From Eledone cirrhosa (taxonomy: Eukaryota), in contig OZ024742.1 in NCBI GenBank assembly GCA_964016885.1, positions 303,614,001 through 303,678,000 of the forward strand: a DNA stretch of 64,000 bases. The letters run 5' to 3'. This document shows, piece after piece, positions 53,321 to 64,000 of the stretch. The notes under the pieces are model-generated. The model saw only the letters and a program-made list of their open reading frames with translations, was not told where the DNA came from and did not search any database. The position numbers and the translations under genes are program-made. Each line of letters opens with the position of its first letter. Within the stretch, counting starts at the first letter, position 1.

Positions 53321-54931
53321 TTTTTTTCACCTGGGATTGAAAGGTTCCCTGTTGTTGTCACAACACCTTTATAGGAGAGGAAAACTCTGAAAGAAAACCT
53401 GCGGCTTCGGTAGCATTCGATGATGTTGACTAGTTCTCCTTTTCGGGTAGTGTTTTCGATGCTCAGAGAGTATAGGATTGGTGTAGTGCAAAGCCTTTGC
53501 CCACTTAAAAAACCTTCAAAACACAGGTATTGTCTGTTCAGAATATATTACAGGTTTGTGGGTCTGGCCGTAGCCTAAAAGTGTACCATTTTCTGTAATC
53601 TGACAAGCGATTACAATACTCTTAGCACAGTTTGCAGCCATCATATATATATAGCCGTACTTATGTATACATATCTTCCTCATAAATCAACTGCTAAGAC
53701 ACAATCGATATATTTAACAAGGACAATATTCAGAAGAAATGTGTGTTCTCACATGCATGTATACATATGTAGATTTCTTCTTTGAATAAAATAAAATTTG
53801 TGGTGTTCAAATGTAACGTTTATTTGTAATGAATATATATACAAAATATGAAATTCAAAATTTTATTATCAAATTCATTTTGAGGTAAATATCTACGTAA
53901 AAATTAAAAATACAAATAAAAATATATTAACAATTATAAAGATGAAACACAATGTATTGGCCACAGATGTTCAGATATTTAGTCTTTAACTGTAGTATTT
54001 ATTAGTAAATATAAGATTAATACATATTTTAATGGGTTCATAAAGTAACATATTATGTAAAAGGCAATTGATTTCAAAAGGATATCCAATTCTATGGTGT
54101 ATGTGTTTGTATCGTTGGAAAGAAGAATTGTATAACTCTCTCAAACGTAGGTGTATTGTGGATATCTAGCCTTCATATGTTCTATGTCTATTCAAATTGA
54201 GTAATCTGACGTTTCGATTATACATAAAGGCATGATCGAGTGGACCTATAAATAAAGTAGAGTAAATATGGTACTGGACGGAGCATAGATGAATGTTGTG
54301 TTCCCATTGCATGGCGTTCCCACTGCAAATATTATTTGCCAGACCCGAATCTACCAATGTCACGTCAGTGAAATTGGAACCCCATCGGGGTACATGTAAT
54401 TCAAAGGACCAACATTGACATGTAGTGTCACGATGCATCTTACTGAGAATTAATTTAATGTAACATATGTCTGTGAAAGTCTCGGTGACATACCCGATAA
54501 ATACACGAGCTTGTATCAATTTATATCTGGACGAATTTTTATCGTAAAACATAATCTCACATATTCATCAAAACATTTAATATATGCTATTAAATGTTAA
54601 GGATGTGCATTGCACACTTGTACCCACAATCAAATGCATAACTGCAGCTATATGTACATATCCAGAGAATCATATATGTAGTCATGCAAATCTAAAAGCA
54701 CGGGCGTGTCCTTCGGCTTTTTATCACTCCACGATCAGGATTTTATATATCTCTATACCCACTTTGCATGTCCACCTGCATTGAGTACTCCAATGACTAT
54801 TCATCTCTGCGGTCTCATCACCCCAGACTCTATACACAAACACACACATTTATCTATATGTGTGTGTTGAGTATGTGTGTATATATGTATGTATTTATTT
54901 ATGCATGTATATGTATGTATTTATGTTTATT

Positions 54932-55135
54932 TCGGGTCACTCTTGAGTGCTACTGTAACATTTAACCCAGTACAACCTGTCGCATGGTCGGGTCGTCGGC
55001 AACCAAACCGGCAACCCCACGCAGTTTACTTGGTGAGGAGGGTGATATTGGACGCCCTGCAGGACAAAAAAGCAAAACCTGACAAAGGGTGGACGAACTC
55101 ATGAGTCAACGGCCATCAAAAATGTGTAAATATGT
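54932..55135 (+). mobile_element. Copy of the RTE-like 5' leader seen at 23770
   Basis: Colinear with 23776-23985, ending AAAATGTGTAAATATGTAT then (TA)n. Confidence 0.8.
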
Positions 55136-55894
55136 ATGTATATATATATATATATATATATACAAAATTAAGTTAAATTAAGTGTGTCATGTCAGATAGA
55201 CATGCGCCATATCACCCGTAAAATATACTCCAAGATTCCAATGAATAGATCCGAGCATTTTATATCAACTTGAAATTGATTGACATATAAATATATCTAA
55301 AATAAACATATGAAACAATCACAGGGGATAATTTGTAAAAGTGTGTAAGCACACATAGCTATGTAGGTAACTAAATAAAGTTTCATTTAGATACCTTATA
55401 AATATATATATATTAGATACCTGATAAATTAGATACCTTATAAATATATATATATCAAAATTAGATACCTTATAAATATTTATATATATATATATACATA
55501 CATGTGTGTGTGTGTGCGTGCGTGTGTGTTTGTATATATGTATATATGTGCGTGTATATATATGTGTATATATGTGCGGGGGGCATATAAATAATCGGGC
55601 TGGATACTCGATCGCACGGTTAAACCATTGGGAATGAAGGACCTCCAAGCCCTTGTCAAGGCATTCTTCTAGGAGAATGCAACTAAGGAAACGATGATGT
55701 CTTTTCTTCTTTTCGGGTTATAGCTACTGTCGCTCAGAGAGTTGGATTGACTCAGTGCACAGTCTTTCCTTACTTTAGAAATATCTTCACGCACAGGCAT
55801 TGCACGATAGCCTTAATTGATAATTATTAATAAAGTTATATCTTGCAAAGTCCATACTTGATAACGAGTGGGCAGCCATCATTTAAGTATGTGG

Positions 55895-55926
<32 letters not shown>

Positions 55927-57517
55927 GTGTCTGTGTATAGTTATAAAAGGAAGAAGAATGCCTATTTTCGGATGAAATCTTAGTAAACTATGTAGTGTTA
56001 AACACGCGGATCTTTAAAATCACAGATATCCTAGTTTGATACAGTAAATAAAACCATTCTTCCATTTAATTGAACAGCGTGCAATTAAGTTACAGATTAC
56101 AAATTTCGCCAATTTCAAACATCTTAGGTCGTCAGTGTCATTACGTGTGAGATTGTTCAGTATGTATTCCATTCATGACCATGCCATGTATATCTTGTCA
56201 GAATTTAATCTATAGAGAACTATAGTATGCGTTGTTTCATTCCCTTTTTGAAAATAGCGTGCGATTTGGGAAATATTTCACGGCTATTTCTAGCAACGCC
56301 AACTCCATCGATCGGGTTATCTCGTTGTTTCGTACGTCTATAGATTCCTGCGTGTGCTTATAATAGGGAAAATACTGATAGATACCGACATCTTATTAAA
56401 TAACCATTGCACGCTTGCATTCGAGCATTGTCTTTGGGTCAAATTAAATAACTGATCACGCTGATACATAAGTGTTTATGGGTTTTTCAGACTTAGCGGA
56501 CCTGAGTGCACAGATAAATATTTTCATTTTATGAAAATCTTCTTCTAGTGTGTTTAAGATATAGTTGGATGTTTGAGAATAATCATTGAAGTAGTCGCAG
56601 GAGTATGAGTTAAATATTCCTGCAGCAAGGAATTTAGTGTCATTTCTAATCCAGCTAATCTTTTATTTTTAGTATCATTTTCACGTTGTATAGTTCGTAT
56701 ATGAGTGAGTGTATGTTCTCAACATGTGATAAAGTGAAGAGCTCTGTTTAATGTTATGTGAAGTTGGTTATGGTTTCAGATAGAAAGGCTGGTTGGCGAC
56801 CCTAGTACATTCTCTCGGCAATCTGATATCAGCATCTCAGAACCAAATTTCTTCTACAGACTCATATTTCCTCTCCGACAAAATGGTTATAATCTACTCA
56901 AATATACTCTCCCTGCTCAAATACCGAAGGCTGTATTAGATGGATCAAATTCTGTTATACAATAAGATGTGATTGCCAATGATGGAAAAGCTTTGGTCTT
57001 TTGTAGGCATGTCTTTATATAAACTGTTAATGTGCAATTATTAAATTATGCCGGAGCCTATTTCAGCATTTCAACTCCGAGTATATAAAAGAGTATTTTC
57101 AAATTCCCTTTAGTTGGTAATCTTAGAAAATTTGTTGCAATAATATGCATTGTATTTTCGTTACTGCATATGCTATCATTTACATTAATGTTTAATAAGT
57201 ATTTCTACTTAGTTATACCAAATATTTCTAATTTTCATTTTAAATATCTCTTTATTCACTTACGAAGGCATATTCTTGAAGATCTATATCAACTATCTAT
57301 CTATCTATCTATTACGCAGCCTTTCCGTCTATATCCCTTTCTCTGCCTCTCACTCTGTACACACACACATATGTGTGTGTGGTGTGTGTGGTGTGTGTGT
57401 CTCTGTGTGTGCATGTGTGTGCATGTGTGTGCATGTGTGTGATGTGTGTGCATGTGTGTGCATGTGTGTGCATGTGTGCGTGTGTGTATGTGTACATCCT
57501 ACTCGAACACACAATTA

Positions 57518-57654
<137 letters not shown>

Positions 57655-58112
57655 ATGTGTGTGTGTATGTATATTAGCAGTAGAATGTATAATTCTATTG
57701 TTGCTTTGCCAGGAATGTAATAGAATTTTGCATTTTCCTCATTATCACCATCACCCTCATCATCGTTTTTATAATTGACATCAACATCAACATCAACATC
57801 ATTATAATCTGTTCAAGGCCATCATTATCGACGTCATTATCATCATCATCATCATCATCATCATTATTATCTTCACCATTTTCTTCTTTTTTCTTCTTCT
57901 TCCTCCTCCTCCTCCATCTCAGAATCATCATCATCCTCAACAACATCAAGTAGATGATAAGTATATGTAGGAGAGTGTGATCATGGTTCATCTTTGATAT
58001 CCTCCATTTCGCCTTTTACATCCTAAATCTCATTATTCATTTTCGTTGTCATCATCATCTGGTAAATCGTCGTCATAAACATAGTGTCGTTGTCTTTGTT
58101 GTCATCGTCGTC

Positions 58113-58194
58113 ATCTTCTTCTTCGTCTTCTTCTTCTTCTTCTTCTTCTTCTTCTTCTTCTTCTTCTTCTTCTTCTTCTTCTTCTTCTTCTTCT

Positions 58195-58226
<32 letters not shown>

Positions 58227-58269
58227 TTCTTCTTCTTCTTCTTCTTCTTCTTCTTCTTCTTCTTCTTCT

Positions 58270-58319
<50 letters not shown>

Positions 58320-58397
58320 TTCTTCTTCTTCTTCTTCTTCTTCTTCTTCTTCTTCTTCTTCTTCTTCTTCTTCTTTTTCTTCTCCTTCTTCTTCTTG
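58113..58397. repeat. Compound (TTC)n/(GTC)n microsatellite in alternating blocks
   Basis: TTC, GTC, TTC, GTC and TTC blocks in succession. Confidence 0.95.
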
Positions 58398-59027
58398 AAT
58401 GTTCTTGTCCCCGCAATGTTGTCGTCGTCACCAGCAGACTCAGGAATAGTTCCTAATGATGCCGTCGGCAGAGACATTGTCAATGATGTCTTTAATATTT
58501 GTGTTGTTTCGTTGGCAATATAATCAAAAATGAAGAAGAAATATAGAAGAAGAAAATAGAGAGCAAGAAGACAATACGCAAGAACATTAGAAATGGCAGG
58601 ATGAAGTGACGACATCACCTGCTTTACTTGATATTATTAATGATGCTTGCATGTATAACTAACGACACCGTTATAAAGAATTTTAATATCAACAAATTTG
58701 CAGCTGCGCTTTAGTATATTTAATGGGTAATGGTTGGCGACAATTGGTTAATACGTCTCTTCAAACATTATCATTAACATAAAAGCCCATCCTACATTGC
58801 CGTATCTGATTGGTCGAGATAGTTATTCTAAAACTTCTTGAAAGTGATATAAAATTAAAGAAAGTATTTATGGATATTATAAACCAATCCCCACTATCTG
58901 CAAAGCTATAGTTAATATATACGAATAAACAGATATCATACATACATATATGAACAGATAGGTACATAATTTCATACGTACTACGTACATACTTATATGT
59001 ATAACAGTATCCATCTCTCTTTGTCTC

Positions 59028-59128
<101 letters not shown>

Positions 59129-59399
59129 TTATTTATTTATTTATATACAGACATATACACATTCATATAAATTCATATGTATATATATATATATGTACAT
59201 ATATATATATAGATAGATGGATACTTATAGAGATATATACAGACACATAGATAGACAGACACACACACACACACTCACACATATATATAGCGTGTCCATA
59301 ACTCCGTGTATAGTTACAAAGCTACAAGTATTTCAAATTGCACGCTGACCTTATGGATACCTGCATATATACCATATGTATATATACAAATATATATAT

Positions 59400-59456
<57 letters not shown>

Positions 59457-59471
59457 CGTTTGTATATGTAT

Positions 59472-59658
59472 AATTGTTTCTACTTTAGGCACAAGGCCAG
59501 CAATTACCCAGTACATTACTGGTACTTTATTTTATCGACCCCGTAAGGATGAAAGGCAAAGTCAACCTCGGCAGGATTTGAACTCAGATCGTAAAGGGAC
59601 GTAACTATGCTGGAAAGCATGGCGTCCGACCCTCTACCGATACTGCCAATCCACCGCC
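59472..59658 (-). mobile_element. Full-length Nin/Deu-domain SINE
   Basis: Reverse complement begins GGCGGTGGATTGGCAGTATCGGTAGAGGG; B-box, Nin core, AGAAACAATTA end. Confidence 0.9.
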
Positions 59659-59666
59659 CTTGTCAA

Positions 59667-59953
59667 TGACATTAGAGATAGAACAGATACTCTATACCAT
59701 TTCCTGTCAGCATGACTTTGCAAGCTATTTAGAACACTGGTTTAACCGCTTTACTTCCCTCCGAAGAAGAGATATTATCTCGAAAATTAAGGACATTTAA
59801 ATAAATCTAAGGTAAAAGACTAATTGACAACAATATCTTTTGCATTTGCATTCTTTATTCTATGTCCATACCTGCATTGTTTTGGCTTTATTATACATAT
59901 ACAAACGTTTATACCTCATTACACAATGCTTCAAGTGAACTATAACCTCCTCC
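59667..59953 (+). mobile_element. About 287-bp hammerhead-bearing mini-element (family B), copy 2
   Basis: Same ends as 37347-37633; HHR at 59758-59792. Confidence 0.85.
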
Positions 59954-60553
59954 ATATATATATATATGTATATCTCTCTCTCTCTCTCACTTGGTCTCCT
60001 AGTTAGAATTTTAGTATACGACTTCTGCTATACCATTTACGTGGTTTTGTCTTGGCGTGCTATTGTTCCCCACACTCCACATATGACGTATTATCTTCGT
60101 TTTTTCGTTCATTGCCAGAGAACGTCTCTATGCACCACCTAAGAGAACATTAGTCTACGACCTCTTTTATACCATAAACGTGGTTCTGTCTTTGCGCGTA
60201 ATTGTTTTTCACCGCTCCTATTAATGACGTATTATTCGTTTTTTCCAGTTCTTTGCCAGCGAACGTTTCCACAAACAAAAGTATCGTCTTCCTGTCTTCC
60301 TCCGGTTGCAACGTTTTTTGAAATATCCAGTTCTGCGTTTACAGATTGACTTTGTTAGTTTCAGGAGATCCCATTAAGGGTGAAAGCAGCGATTCTTTGC
60401 TTAAACTTTAATCTGTTATTTTAATAAATATATATATATATATTTATTAAATCTGTTATTTAATAAATATTTGCTCTACAGTTCTTATATATTTGATATA
60501 TATTTATCCTTATCGAGCCCTCTTTGGATTTTAGTCTTCAAATTTATTATTAT

Positions 60554-60693
<140 letters not shown>

Positions 60694-62136
60694 CTGTGTG
60701 TGAGTGTGTGTGTGTGTGTGTGTGTGCGCGTGTATATATATATATATATGGGATGTGAGTAAAAAGTAAAAGTGGAAATACGCAGACGTATATTTAATGA
60801 ATCCCTTTTCTTTAATACAAGACAAATATTTCTATAATGTTACATTTTTACATTTCTATTCTGTTGGTGAGGAGACCAAGTTCGAAGGTTCTTTGGATAA
60901 ATATTATTTTCAGTTTATGTAAATTGAATCACATTTAGTAGGTTCTGATACGACTGTATATCTCCTTTTTGCTAAGTTAATTGAAATGTTCTTTTCATTA
61001 TGTTTTGCTTGCTTCGATGTGGAAATAATGTACTGTTTGCAGTCCATAGTTTTATAGAAAATATCCATTTGTTTATAGTATATGTCCGTTACTATCCTTA
61101 CCTCAACGTCTCTATGATCGAAAATAATTACAAACGTTAGCTCCTTGTGATTGAAAACAGGGAAACGAAAGATCTGATTAATAATCTTAGCGGCAACTTG
61201 AATAGATTTTAATCACAGGTAACTACCTAGAACAATTATCTAGAGATGTGAACTAGAGAATTACACACATATGTACACGAACCTAAGTATATAGGACAAC
61301 GCATGCAGGCACACATACACACCAACACACATGCACACACAAGATATAAGAAAGATTGTCACTTTTCAAATATAGCTTATTACCAAAGAAAATATTCACA
61401 ATTGGAATTTGGAGATTTAAACTAAAATTCCTCTTCTATGCTTTTTATCTTTTCCTAAAGTTCTATTAGAACTTGCAGGAATTTCATTTCTGACAAATAT
61501 AAACCCACACTCAAAGGCTGCTTTTCAATCATATTTATTTTTGTACTTTTTATTTTTTATCTTTATCTATACTAGCAGAAGACCCGGCCCCGGATGGTTT
61601 TCTGCTAGCACACGTAGTGTGCAATTTGATATTATACGCAACATTTTGTAATGTTTGCCTATATTATGTATTTTATTGTTATCGCGCCACCACCCATAAC
61701 AAACAATAAAATATTCTTGAACGTTTGACCGAGTTTCCCCATCAGGAAAAAAAAAAAACCATAATCACAGACTCCACCATGTTATTTCCATTTTCATCTG
61801 AATAGAATTTTCGATTTGAATCAATTGAATTCTGTCCTCTGAAATCCTACTTCCTACCTCACTAACCTAACTAAACAAAAATATATATAAGAATAATCTT
61901 TGACAGAAAATAGCCATTTTGTTTTACTAGCGTGCAAATTATAAGAATAGAATTTTATAATATAAATTAATTATTATTTGATAAGTGGGTGGTAACCAAT
62001 TGAAACTGGTAAAAACTGTTTGTTAAAAATTGTTTGATGTAACAAATATCGACATTTGTTTGCTGGGCTTATTAAAAAAAATTATTTGTATTTCAACTGT
62101 TACCCATACGCTATTATTTGTACTTCACCTACTTTT

Positions 62137-62211
<75 letters not shown>

Positions 62212-62216
<5 letters not shown>

Positions 62217-62585
62217 AAGAATGAAGAGTAACATGGTTGGCTGTACAATAAGGGCTTTATTTAAAGTACTGACAATTGTTTCGTTGATCAGGTGAGTCTA
62301 GAGTTCGCTAATCGCCTGCGTCATTCGATCTCCAGTACATTATTTACCTCTGGTTAACACACAAGAGTACGTAGATATAAAGCCCTTATTGTACAGCAAA
62401 CCATGTTACTCTTCATTCTTTAAATATTATTACTCCAAGTACAACCTGCATAGACATTACCGAGAACTCGCTGCATAACCATGGAAGCATCTTGTAGAGT
62501 CAAACAAAGCCGTACGTTAAAACTATCCACAACGCAGAGTACTCACAACCTCTAACTGGATTACCTATAGCGATAACTTCTTATC

Positions 62586-62590
<5 letters not shown>
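62212..62590. mobile_element. Fold-back PLE-like fragment with a decayed hammerhead
   Basis: 62214-62270 mirrors about 62376-62424; GAAA-CAATTG-TC on the minus strand near 62270-62282; (TA)n on both sides. Confidence 0.65.
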
Positions 62591-62646
<56 letters not shown>

Positions 62647-62648
<2 letters not shown>

Positions 62649-63243
62649 TGGTTACACAACAGTTAGTTCGCCATACCGAGAACAATTGTTTCACCTTAGC
62701 GGATCCTCAGCTCGTAATGGACGTGGTTATAAGAAATAGGAAGGACAACCGTACGAACGCGCATACGCAGAATCAATCACTTCACACAGGCAATACTAAA
62801 TTGAGTGCGAGAGGTGTAAGGGAGATAACTGCGAAAGTCAGAAAGTTTCTAGTTGATAAGAAAAGTACGATGTTGTTGTAATTCAATCCGGAGCTTTGTA
62901 GCTATGTAAGAGGTTTTTCCAGACAAAGCTCCGGATTGAATTACAACAACATCCTAATTTTCTTATCAACTAGAAAATTTCTGACTTTCACACTTATCCG
63001 CCTTGCACCTCTCGCACGCAATTTACTTTCTACCTGTGTGAAGTGATACTTTCTGCGCATGCGCGTTCGTACGGTTGTCCTTCCTGTTCCGTATAACCAT
63101 GTCCATTACGAGCTGAGGATCCACTAAGGTGAAACAATTGTTCTCGGTATGATGAACTAACTGTTGTGTAACCACTTCTACCTAACTCGTCCCTTGGACT
63201 GAGTGCTCTACCTCTACGGATATTTTTCCAGTGTTCTAGCACT
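62647..63243. mobile_element. Long imperfect palindrome of mini-PLE family A, with a hammerhead in each arm
   Basis: 62647-62899 mirrors 62923-63177; HHR CGAG-CTGAGGA-TCC(A/G)CTAAGGT-GAAA-CAATTG-TT-CTCG at 63109-63146 (+) and 62677-62714 (-). Confidence 0.87.
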
Positions 63244-63267
63244 ATATATATATATATATATATATAT

Positions 63268-63368
63268 AATTTCAAACCCACTCGCTGTTTCGAAAATATT
63301 CTTATTTGATATATATATATATATATCAAATAAGAATATTTTCGAAACAGCGAGTGGGTTTGAAATTA
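63268..63368. repeat. Perfect inverted repeat centred on a (TA)n run
   Basis: AATTTCAAACCCACTCGCTGTTTCGAAAATATTCTTATTTG-(AT)n-CAAATAAGAATATTTTCGAAACAGCGAGTGGGTTTGAAATT. Confidence 0.9.
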
Positions 63369-63907
63369 TAAGTGTAAGCTATCGCCGTATTTTGACTAAA
63401 GAAACTAAAGAAAATTATTTAACCTGATAGTGGGGTTAAGAACCCTCGGAGAAGTTATATATATATAATAAAAGTATGTGTTCCTGCATGTAAATTATAC
63501 ACAAAGGGATACAAGTATAGTCTGACCGTATGCAAGTCTGGTCCAATGGCAAGTTGATAAATTAACAAGCCAGAACATATAAAATCAAGGAAAAGCAAAT
63601 AAAGAAAAAATGTTTAAATAAATAAAAAAAAATTCACTGTACTTACTATATCTGTCTTTACCGCGGAGATACCAACACAAATAGACAATCAAAGTGGATT
63701 TACATTGAGAAAGAGATCGTCGTCAGAAGGCTTTTCTCTCTCGGAGAATATAAGATTCCCGAGTTCAAAATACAAACTGGCGCCATACAAATCTGCCCCA
63801 GCAAATGAATGATGAAACAATTCTGTTTAGTACCGTGTGCAAAGACTGAAAGCAAGGTGGACAGGTCAATCTCTGGCTACTAAAATAGCAGCCGTTCAAA
63901 TTTTAAA

Positions 63908-63994
63908 ATAAATTTCAAAAAATTCACTGTACTTACTATATGTAGCTTTACCGCGGCACATATAGTAAGTACAGTGAATCTTTTGAAATTTATT
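63908..63994. repeat. Inverted repeat whose left arm also occurs as a direct copy at about 63626-63666
   Basis: ATTCACTGTACTTACTATAT mirrors ATATAGTAAGTACAGTGAAT. Confidence 0.8.
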
Positions 63995-64000
63995 AAAAAT

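Noticed and set aside
58073-58618. Poly-K/T, poly-S and poly-R ORFs
   Set aside because: They are different frames of the (TTC)/(GTC) repeat, with no sign of a gene.
61570-61970. Helitron/Helentron-like ends (ACTAGCAGAAGACCCGG..)
   Set aside because: Only a short suggestive terminus, single copy in the window, no coding evidence.

Overview
AT-rich, microsatellite-dense animal genomic DNA. The SINE/LINE repertoire looks like a mollusc, most likely an octopus (inference). No host gene or structural RNA gene is supportable, and most listed ORFs are microsatellite translations or antisense frames of retroelements. Main contents: (1) three full-length minus-strand L1/Tx1-clade LINEs, two in a head-to-tail array bounded by (AAT)n and one near-intact element bounded by (GATA)n; (2) Penelope-like element (PLE) remnants, namely two Naiad-type, one other GIY-YIG PLE, and many short non-autonomous pieces carrying minimal type I hammerhead ribozymes (HHR) with palindromic helix III, mostly adjoining (TA)n and often folded back as long palindromes; (3) tRNA-derived Nin/Deu-domain SINEs, RTE and Vingi-like LINE pieces, a Chapaev3-like DNA transposon and MITEs. 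The best candidate novel systems are microsatellite-targeting Tx1 elements whose endonuclease hairpin loop tracks the flanking repeat (TNRIGSS with AAT, RNHSGQS with GATA), and a diverse set of hammerhead-bearing mini-retroelements that includes a 1.9 kb retrozyme-like unit and U3-A8 core variants. All alignments and folds were read by eye, so boundaries are approximate.
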